A stretch of 64,000 nt of DNA from assembly GCA_949287245.1 (NCBI GenBank), contig CASEFL010000004.1, positions 41,499-105,498 on the forward strand, given 5' to 3'. The notes beneath the pieces are model-generated. The model was not told the origin of the DNA. It saw only the letters and a program-made list of their open reading frames with translations, and ran no database searches. The position numbers and the translations under genes were made by a program. Origin of the DNA: an uncultured Bacillota bacterium. GTDB lineage: Bacteria; Bacillota_I; Bacilli_A; RFN20; CAG-826. Numbering within the stretch: the first letter of the stretch is position 1; every line of letters starts with the position of its first letter. Below are positions 20,055 through 27,980 of the stretch, piece by piece.

Positions 20055-22450
20055 AAATTTCCTCCTCGAGAATATAAGATTGATACATCAGGACTTTGTC
20101 CAAATGTGGAAGGTACACCTTCTCCTCTTGTTGATAAATAGAAACGGAAGGGATGAAAGCCCGTGGCAAGAGGTACACAACGGGCCAAAATTTCTGCTAA
20201 TCCATTTTCAGTTGGCGTTAAACCATCTCCAGATAAACAAGCTTTTGCAAAATCGATTGAAATTTCTTCACCAATCGGTAACTCGTTTTCCTCATAAATT
20301 AATGAAGAAAGATTCAAACCGCCACCATAGAAACCAGCAATTGGACAAACGTAACTCTTAATTTCTTCCCCTTCACTTACATCATAAAGATAATCTTTAT
20401 TTTTTGCTTCCCGTAGTAATAAATTCTTTAAAGGGAAATAAGAATCAATCGGAAGACGCCCTTCAAAATAGCCGGATAAAAGTTCTCCCAAACGTTCTTC
20501 GACAAGGCAAGATACGTCAATAGAGTCTCCTGCTTTCCAGTCATAGAAGCGAATATCTCCTTTTAACGTTAACTCGTTAGGATAAGAAGTTCCGCCAATT
20601 TTATCCGGTAAAAAACTTGGGGCCTCGGGAAGCATAGACATAACTGTCTCCACAAAAGAAGGAAGTCCATTATATAAATAAGGCCCATTAAAGTATGATT
20701 CAAAGGCAATCGGTAAGATTCCAGAACGCCCAAAAAGAGTATCTTCCACGGTAAGTTGGTGGGGCTTGATGGTTGAAACATCAGCATCTAGCCCACTTTG
20801 CATAATGTTTAAAGCATCAAGTGCCCCTAAAGCATAATCACGATCGGTTAAGGCGCTTGTTAATAGGTAATCGGCATATCCATTTTCTTTATCCATAAAG
20901 GAAGAAATGGAACCATTAAATTTTTCTCCTCCATATTGGATAGATATCGTTTTGTTATCATTGGTCTCTAAATAGGAATCAGAACCAATCTTTAACAAAA
21001 ATTCCCTGCAATTCTCCACTAAAGAATTCGATAATTCAAATCCATCACCATCTTGAATGCGAACATTATTCCTTCCGTTTCGGATAAATGAATTCGAAAT
21101 TTTTACATTTTTCCCTTTAATGTCGACAACCGTTCCAACATACTCAAGATTATATAAATTGTTTGTGTCATCCACATTTTGTAAAGCAACATCGTCCAAA
21201 ACAAGATTATCTCCATCTAAATACAAGCCTACATTATCTTGGCCATAAGATTTCATAACGGGATAATCAATTAAGCCAATAGAAATAAAGGTTAAAGGTC
21301 CATGAAATAAATCTTCTTCACCAGGAGTTAATACGCCCGTGTAACTATTAATTTTCCCATGGTTTGGATAACAAAGTTCTTGCATGGAAATCCGAAAGCC
21401 ATTCCCGTAAAAATCTTTCTGTACATGAATGCCTGCATATAAACGCTTTCTTTCTTCAAGCTTTGAGGGGTCGTTATTTTCTTCATGAAGAACATACTCT
21501 TCAATGTATTTACTTTGATAAGTCGTTTGAAAGGAAAATACATCATCTTTAAATGAATTCATCTTTTGCAAAGCAAAATCATAATGACCAAATAAGCGTG
21601 TATTTGCGCTTAAAAATTCATTCGTATAAGCACCTGAACCATCTTTTTTATAAGTAGAAGAAAGGGATAAAAGGTTTCTTTGTAAACAAACAATTTCCCC
21701 ATTCTCACTATCATTTGTCGCAAGAAGTAAATCATCATAGTCGTAAACATTGACACCATTTTCAACAATTTCAAACGTATAACTTTGGGTGATAAACTCC
21801 ATTTCTTTTAAGGCAAAATCTAAGGTAGCGATTCCACTTCCTTTAATCGTTACTTCTCCATTTTTATAGGTAACATTAGAAGAAGTAGATATAAGAATTG
21901 CTTCATCTTTTGGAACATCAGAAAAACTTTCCACTTCTAAGGTAATTTTTGCTTCTTGTTTCGCCCCAACATCATCAAAGTCATATTCCCCATATTTTCT
22001 TAAGGAATAAAAACTTGTTCCCGAGGCAGGGGCATTTAAATCATTAATAATAATCGCTCCATTCTCGTAAATTTTCGCATTTAGACTTCGCGAAACTGTC
22101 CCTTTTTCATTTTGACAAGTTAAACGAACATCTCCTTCCTTTTTTGCCTCAAGATAAAATTCGTCGTTATCGTGAATAATTACGGCATAAGTTTCCTCGC
22201 TTTGATCAATATTGGAAACAGTCCAAATTAAATCATTTCCTGGAGAAAGTTCTAAATCAGAATTAATGATTGGCTCTGCTTCAAGTAAGTAGCCTTGTTC
22301 CCGCACTTTAAAAGCTTCTTGGTCACGATAATCCCAACGAATTCCAGCAATATCTACGGCAACAACATTTTCTAAAACAACAATGCCAGCAAAAACAAGC
22401 AGAGCAACCGCAAAGGGCGCAGCAAGTAAAACACCTAACGTTTTTTTCAT
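20051..22450 (-). CDS. Large membrane-anchored surface protein (Ig-like modules, possible beta-helix region)
   Basis: N-terminal hydrophobic anchor; beta-rich segments; N/D-rich parallel-strand pattern VVDIKGKNVKISNSFIRNGRNNVRIQDGDGFELSNSLVEN. Confidence 0.6.
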   Translation of the reverse strand: MKKTLGVLLAAPFAVALLVFAGIVVLENVVAVDIAGIRWDYRDQEAFKVREQGYLLEAEPIINSDLELSPGNDLIWTVSNIDQSEETYAVIIHDNDEFYLEAKKEGDVRLTCQNEKGTVSRSLNAKIYENGAIIINDLNAPASGTSFYSLRKYGEYDFDDVGAKQEAKITLEVESFSDVPKDEAILISTSSNVTYKNGEVTIKGSGIATLDFALKEMEFITQSYTFEIVENGVNVYDYDDLLLATNDSENGEIVCLQRNLLSLSSTYKKDGSGAYTNEFLSANTRLFGHYDFALQKMNSFKDDVFSFQTTYQSKYIEEYVLHEENNDPSKLEERKRLYAGIHVQKDFYGNGFRISMQELCYPNHGKINSYTGVLTPGEEDLFHGPLTFISIGLIDYPVMKSYGQDNVGLYLDGDNLVLDDVALQNVDDTNNLYNLEYVGTVVDIKGKNVKISNSFIRNGRNNVRIQDGDGFELSNSLVENCREFLLKIGSDSYLETNDNKTISIQYGGEKFNGSISSFMDKENGYADYLLTSALTDRDYALGALDALNIMQSGLDADVSTIKPHQLTVEDTLFGRSGILPIAFESYFNGPYLYNGLPSFVETVMSMLPEAPSFLPDKIGGTSYPNELTLKGDIRFYDWKAGDSIDVSCLVEERLGELLSGYFEGRLPIDSYFPLKNLLLREAKNKDYLYDVSEGEEIKSYVCPIAGFYGGGLNLSSLIYEENELPIGEEISIDFAKACLSGDGLTPTENGLAEILARCVPLATGFHPFRFYLSTRGEGVPSTFGQSPDVSILYSRGGNL

Positions 22451-24051
22451 ACGTAATCCACCCTCATTGTTTTAAAGTACTTTGGACATTTCTTAAAGAA
22501 AAGGAAGAAAAGAGTAAGAAAGAAAGCAAAATACAGGAAAAACATCATTAAATAAATCGCATATCCCGGAACCTTTAAAAAGACCATTCCAAAGTGGAAA
22601 AGTGCATAAAGAATCGGCATAAGAAGCGAATAAAGAGCAAGAAGAGATGTGCCTCCGTTTCTTTTTTCTGAAAGCCTACGGAAATCATCAAAAGCCCCAA
22701 GAATATTTAAAGAAAGAATAAATAAGGTACCTAAGGCTAAAATTTCAAAGAAAATGCCTACAGAAATTAAAGAAAAGGAAGCAAGGACAATATCCGTTAA
22801 TACCAAGGAAAGAAAAGAAACCGTAACCGAAACAAGAAGTTTTGCTTCCATCTGTTTAATTGGTGCTACAGGAATTTCTTTCATCACAATTCTTCCTACC
22901 CCTTCCCGCGTTAATCCATCGGCAGCGGACCCAGAAATTAAAGAAGCAAAAAGAAGAACTAAGACGATAGTTACTCCGTTAATAAGCTCAGGGAAATAAA
23001 CTAAAAACATTTCCATCTTGTCATAAAGAAGTTGATTTAAACTTTCAATAACGACATAACCTAAGAAGGGCTGCATGATGAGTAACGAAGTAAAACTAAA
23101 TAAATAAGAGGAATTGCGGAAAAGCAAAACAAATTCTTTCTTCACTAACGAGAAAAACACGGAATGGTGTTTCTCTCCCATAAAAGTAAGTCTTCCAGAA
23201 GGAGGAGTTTCTTTTCTTTTGTTTCTCCTTTTTAGTAAGAAAGAAAGAAGAAAGAACCCAACAACAAGCATCAAAAGAACTAAACCAGCATAAAGAAGAA
23301 GATTGGAAGCATAGTTCCCAACACCGCACATCATTCCTAATAAAGGATAAACAGGAACAAAATATGGTGCACTAGCAGCAAGACCTTTTAAGAAAGGTTC
23401 CGAAAAATAAGAATCGAGTTTTGCTCCATCAAGAATGCTTAAAAATAAAGAGAGAATTTGTTGATAGAAAAAACAAAGAGAAACAACCGCAATAGAGGCG
23501 ATAACAAATTGCAAAATCCGATAACGACGCATTATTTTCATAAAGAAAGAAAATGGTCCAAGAAGCAAAGAAAGAAGCCCAAGAGAAAATAATGAAATGA
23601 AAACTGGATACAAAAAGGTAAAAGTGTAATAAATCGCACTATAACCTCGAGCAATCCCAAAACTTAATAAAATAGGAAGAGATAAAACAAAAGAAGAAAC
23701 AACCAATTTCACGTAAAAATACAGGCCTTTTGCAAGGATTTTTTGATCATCCGAAATTGGTAAAGGAGAAAGAATCAAATGATCTTCTTTCCTTTCTAGT
23801 GCTTTTAAAGAAGAGGGAAGTGCACTAAGAGAAGAGATCATCATTGCAAGAAATAAATACAGAACTAAAAAGTCAAAAGTACCAAGAGTGCTTAACTCAC
23901 GAATCTTAATATCAATCTCCCAAAATAAGTATCCTAAAAGCGCCATAAAGATAAGCGAGGCAAAAATCTTTAAACTTATGGCCAATACTTGCCTTCTTCC
24001 CCGAAAGGATGAGGAAGATTGAAACTCCTGAATAAGCAAAGAAAGGATCAT
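22447..24051 (-). CDS. ABC exporter permease (multi-pass, ABC-2-like)
   Basis: About 12-14 hydrophobic segments in two halves; LVKKEFVLLFRN; 4-nt overlap with the ABC ATPase gene. Confidence 0.8.
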   Translation of the reverse strand: MILSLLIQEFQSSSSFRGRRQVLAISLKIFASLIFMALLGYLFWEIDIKIRELSTLGTFDFLVLYLFLAMMISSLSALPSSLKALERKEDHLILSPLPISDDQKILAKGLYFYVKLVVSSFVLSLPILLSFGIARGYSAIYYTFTFLYPVFISLFSLGLLSLLLGPFSFFMKIMRRYRILQFVIASIAVVSLCFFYQQILSLFLSILDGAKLDSYFSEPFLKGLAASAPYFVPVYPLLGMMCGVGNYASNLLLYAGLVLLMLVVGFFLLSFLLKRRNKRKETPPSGRLTFMGEKHHSVFFSLVKKEFVLLFRNSSYLFSFTSLLIMQPFLGYVVIESLNQLLYDKMEMFLVYFPELINGVTIVLVLLFASLISGSAADGLTREGVGRIVMKEIPVAPIKQMEAKLLVSVTVSFLSLVLTDIVLASFSLISVGIFFEILALGTLFILSLNILGAFDDFRRLSEKRNGGTSLLALYSLLMPILYALFHFGMVFLKVPGYAIYLMMFFLYFAFFLTLFFLFFKKCPKYFKTMRVDYV

Positions 24052-24860
24052 GCTTCTTCCTTTCCTTGAATATGAAGGAAGATTCTTCTTAATTCTTTTC
24101 TTTTAAATGGCTCTAAAGAAAAGTCAATTAAAGAGGCAATGGTTCCTTCTTTGATGATAGCGACGCGGTCACAAACCTCCGCGACGAGTTCAATACTATG
24201 AGAAGTTAAGAAAATTGTTTTTGATGATTTTGTATAAGCGTGCATCATTTCCACTAATGTTTGATAGGCCATAATATCTAAACCTACCGTTGGCTCGTCT
24301 AAAACCCATAACATTGGATTATGAATTAAAGAAGACATTAAGCGTAGTTTTTGTTTCATACCATGGGAGTAACTTCCTACGGGTTTTGCTAAATCTTCTT
24401 CCGTTAAATCAAATTTTGTTTTTAAAAAGGCAAAATTCTTTTGGAAAACTTCTAAATCCATATCGTAGGAAGAGGCAATAAATTCCATAAATTCATTCCC
24501 TGTCATTAAGTCATAGACTAAGGGCTCAGAAGGAACATAACCAATTTGAGATTTAATTTCTAAGGGATATTCTTTTTGCGATAAACCAAAAATTTTTAAA
24601 GTCCCTTGATCAAATTCTTTTAAACCAACAAGGCAATCAATAAACGTGGACTTTCCTGCTCCATTTTTTCCTAAAAAGCCAAAACATTCTCCCTTTTTCA
24701 CTTGGAAAGATAAGCCTTTTAAAACTTCATGATTCCCATAGGATTTATGAATATCCTCCGCGATGATGGTTTCTTCTGGCAAAGTACCCATTAAAACTTG
24801 TTCATCAAAATCAATGACATCCGTTTTCTTTTCTTTCTCTTTATGATTAAACCACTTCAT
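24048..24860 (-). CDS. ABC transporter ATP-binding protein (preferred start 24860)
   Basis: Walker A GKNGAGKS, signature YSHGMKQK, Walker B VLDEP, H-loop TSH. Confidence 0.95.
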   Translation of the reverse strand: MKWFNHKEKEKKTDVIDFDEQVLMGTLPEETIIAEDIHKSYGNHEVLKGLSFQVKKGECFGFLGKNGAGKSTFIDCLVGLKEFDQGTLKIFGLSQKEYPLEIKSQIGYVPSEPLVYDLMTGNEFMEFIASSYDMDLEVFQKNFAFLKTKFDLTEEDLAKPVGSYSHGMKQKLRLMSSLIHNPMLWVLDEPTVGLDIMAYQTLVEMMHAYTKSSKTIFLTSHSIELVAEVCDRVAIIKEGTIASLIDFSLEPFKRKELRRIFLHIQGKEEA

Positions 24861-24861
24861 A

Positions 24862-26139
24862 TTATCTCCCCCAGAATGATTTGACCCAAATTTCTCCCGC
24901 TTTCCCTTGGGCATTGCAGTAAACATAACGACTTTGACAGTGGCTACAAGAAGCCTCTTCCCCTTGCCTTAAAGGAGAAATGGAGGAACCACATACAGGA
25001 CAACGTGTAAGAGTCTCTTGATGAAACGGGATAAGTGTTGTCATCGAATTTAAGAAAGAAACAATTTGATCTTCCATACCTTCTTCATCTTTTAGGATAA
25101 AAGCATTTTCTTCTGAACCTTTTCCTTTCTCATATAAACAATAAGCACTAGGATAACGAGGATCTTCCTTTCCTTCTAAATTGATAGCGTGCATGGAAGT
25201 AAACCCTTTATAGGAACAAGAAAAGAGCAAAATTTCCTCTTCTTGACTCATATGAATTTGCACCCCATTTCGAGAAAAAGAGAAAGGAATAAGAATTGCC
25301 TTCCCTTCTTTAATGGTAACATTCATAGTTGCTTTAGAACGCATCTTGCTTTTTAAAACACGATCAAAGGCTAATAAGAAACGAATATCCCGAAGAAAAG
25401 GAGAAGATGTGTGTTGAGATTGATGATTCATCACATAAGTAAAAACTTCCCGATATAAAGGATGATGAAGAAGAATGTTTGTTGGAATAAAAGAAGTGGG
25501 AATCTTTTCTTTTTCTAAAAATTGATAAAAACGAGAATGTTTAATCGCTGATATTCTTCGTAACAAACGGCGAATTTCTTCTTCTTTTTTATTTGCTTGG
25601 TAACGTTCCACTAGGCCCCTTCCAAGTTTTGCAGAGTGTGTCGCTAAATCAAGAAAGAAAGAAGAAGAACCAAAAATAGCTTCTTCTCTTTGATAAGAGG
25701 ACTGGACAGAACTCACTTCTTTTTGTGCACCCTTTAAGGCACCTTTCGCTTCTTGTTGGAGTAAAGTTATTGCGCGAATAATGACAAGATTTTCATATAG
25801 ATTAATCGAATCTTCATAACGAATGGCATGAACATATTCTGGTGCCATCCCGTATCCCTCCTTTTCTTTCCATAAAGGAGTGTCTCTTAAGGTAAGCAAG
25901 AAAGCTTCTGGGGTTAATGCGCCTGAGGTTTCCGAACGAACTAAGGTATCTTCGGCTTGCGATTTCATTAAAGGCTTACGCACAATAGCCTCAATATGCA
26001 AAAGAATTTCTTTTCTATTTTCAATAAAAGAGGATAAAGAAAGCTCCGCGTTTTTCCGCGCTTCTTCTGTGCGATTCCGTAAAATACGGGCACTAAGAAT
26101 GTCACCTTCTTTTAAGGATGCTTTCTTTACCTCTTCCAT
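24862..26139 (-). CDS. DUF2357-like (McrC-position) protein with C-terminal Zn ribbon
   Basis: Follows the McrB-like gene; INLYENLVI and IPTNILLHHPLYREVF recall DUF2357 motifs; CPVCG...CSHC at the C-terminus. Confidence 0.6.
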   Translation of the reverse strand: MEEVKKASLKEGDILSARILRNRTEEARKNAELSLSSFIENRKEILLHIEAIVRKPLMKSQAEDTLVRSETSGALTPEAFLLTLRDTPLWKEKEGYGMAPEYVHAIRYEDSINLYENLVIIRAITLLQQEAKGALKGAQKEVSSVQSSYQREEAIFGSSSFFLDLATHSAKLGRGLVERYQANKKEEEIRRLLRRISAIKHSRFYQFLEKEKIPTSFIPTNILLHHPLYREVFTYVMNHQSQHTSSPFLRDIRFLLAFDRVLKSKMRSKATMNVTIKEGKAILIPFSFSRNGVQIHMSQEEEILLFSCSYKGFTSMHAINLEGKEDPRYPSAYCLYEKGKGSEENAFILKDEEGMEDQIVSFLNSMTTLIPFHQETLTRCPVCGSSISPLRQGEEASCSHCQSRYVYCNAQGKAGEIWVKSFWGR

Positions 26140-26142
26140 AAA

Positions 26143-27948
26143 TTAAGCAAATCTCCTGAGATAATGAGCGATTAACTCACGACAAAGTGGGAAGCCCTTC
26201 TTTCCATATTCAACATCGATTACTTTTAATAATGTACGTAAACCTTCACCCACATATTCTTCAAAACGCCCTTCTAGTTTACTAAGAACTTTTCTGGCAA
26301 ACATAAAGTCGATGGCATCATCCTTGTTTCCGCCTGCCGCAACAAAAACAGGAACAAAAAGTTCGATTTGATTCCGAATACGATTTCCGAAGGCTAATTC
26401 AAATTTTTCATAGCAGAACTCCGCTAAAATATTCAATTTCTTATTATCTTGAGCGTTCATTTGATAATCTTTTTCCCCTTCAGCTTCCGCAAATAAAGCA
26501 AGAAGTCCTTGGTAAGATAAAGCGATAGGAGAAGTTTCACCTTCCACCTCAAAAGGTTCATTTTGATCATTAAAAGATAACACAATCGCCCGGTCATACA
26601 CCTTATCGGTAATGGTATAAGTTGAGTCATCTTTATTCGCTGTACCAATAAACCAAGTCGTCGAAGGAATATGAAGTCTCCCTTCATCTAAATGCATAGG
26701 AGGTTCAAAACCATAAGGAAGTTGCATAATATCAAGTACCCAGTCTTCCATTGGATATTCCATGATGGATAAGAAATCCGCAAAATAATATTCAACACGC
26801 GAAATGTTCATTTCATCCAAAACCATGATGTTAATGGAACGTTCTCGAAAAGATGCGCGATAAAGTCTTTTTAAAAATGGAGTTTCCGAATACGAACGAG
26901 AAAAATCATTATAAAAACCTAAAAGAGAGGTTCGGTCACGCCATGTTGCTTGAACGGGAGCAAAGAAACTCTTCTCCCCAATAAAGGTACTGAAGTATCT
27001 TGCTAAGGACGATTTACCAGTACCAGATAAACCTTCTAAGATAATAAATCTAGAAGAGGCAAGACCGGCAAGAAAAGCGCGAATGGCTTGAATATCATAA
27101 TAAAGCTTTTCTTCTTTTGCTAAATACATGCGGAAACGCTCTGCTAAAGAAGTTAAAGTAATTTTCCCATCGTCTAAATATTCTTTTGCAAATTCATTTA
27201 GTTCTTGCGTCTCAATTTCCGTTAATCCTGGAAAAACTTGTGTTTTATTGCCTAATGGAGCAACTTTATTCGAAGATGCTCCGCTAGAAGAAGAAAGACT
27301 TCCATTTTCTGAGGAGGAAGTTCCTGCTCCAAATGTCGCGGCTAAAGAGCCTTGAAGTTTCGCTTTTGCTTCATTAATTAATGCACTATGTTCTTCACTT
27401 GTTAAAGAAGCATTATCTCCTTGATCAATTTCTAATGGTTGATTGAAACGTTTTATTGAAAGAATAAGAAGGACAAGGAAGAAAATTATAAGGAATAAAA
27501 CAAGGAAAATTAAAAACCCAATAAGGAAGGCTTCACCACAATAGATAAAGGAATTGCTGAGATATTGACCATTTTCAATGGGTGAATGAGCAGCAACACC
27601 AATACCAACAGCTAACCCATAACAGATAACAAAAGAAGCCACATAAATTAACCAATACTTTAAAGAATTGGGATTTTGATTTTTATTTTGTGCAATCCGA
27701 ATTTCAAAAATAATTGCCGCAGCAAAAAGCAAAGAATAAACCGCAAGCATAATTAATAAAATTGAGCTAGGCATTGAAGCATTGATGATAGGAAAGGCAA
27801 AAGCCTCTGCAATAGATTGAATCGGATTCCCTTGGGCAATAAGAGAAGAATCGCCGTCAAGAAAAAACCCTGTGATTAAGACGAATAGCATGTAGAAAAA
27901 TACTGACGCTATTGCAATCCCATCAATCCTTTTAAATTTTGCAACCAT
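26143..27948 (-). CDS. McrB-like AAA+ NTPase with N-terminal transmembrane domain
   Basis: Walker A GLSGTGKS, Walker B VLDEMNISRVEYYFADFLS, GTANKDD, YDRA; about 4 TM segments in residues ~10-165. Confidence 0.85.
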   Translation of the reverse strand: MVAKFKRIDGIAIASVFFYMLFVLITGFFLDGDSSLIAQGNPIQSIAEAFAFPIINASMPSSILLIMLAVYSLLFAAAIIFEIRIAQNKNQNPNSLKYWLIYVASFVICYGLAVGIGVAAHSPIENGQYLSNSFIYCGEAFLIGFLIFLVLFLIIFFLVLLILSIKRFNQPLEIDQGDNASLTSEEHSALINEAKAKLQGSLAATFGAGTSSSENGSLSSSSGASSNKVAPLGNKTQVFPGLTEIETQELNEFAKEYLDDGKITLTSLAERFRMYLAKEEKLYYDIQAIRAFLAGLASSRFIILEGLSGTGKSSLARYFSTFIGEKSFFAPVQATWRDRTSLLGFYNDFSRSYSETPFLKRLYRASFRERSINIMVLDEMNISRVEYYFADFLSIMEYPMEDWVLDIMQLPYGFEPPMHLDEGRLHIPSTTWFIGTANKDDSTYTITDKVYDRAIVLSFNDQNEPFEVEGETSPIALSYQGLLALFAEAEGEKDYQMNAQDNKKLNILAEFCYEKFELAFGNRIRNQIELFVPVFVAAGGNKDDAIDFMFARKVLSKLEGRFEEYVGEGLRTLLKVIDVEYGKKGFPLCRELIAHYLRRFA

Positions 27949-27980
27949 ATGAAATCCTCCTTAGGTTTCTCCCAATATTG

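Noticed and set aside
24862-27948. Calling the pair a canonical McrBC restriction system
   Set aside because: No DNA-recognition domain (TM helices instead), no visible nuclease motif and no methylase. Defence is kept only as an alternative hypothesis.
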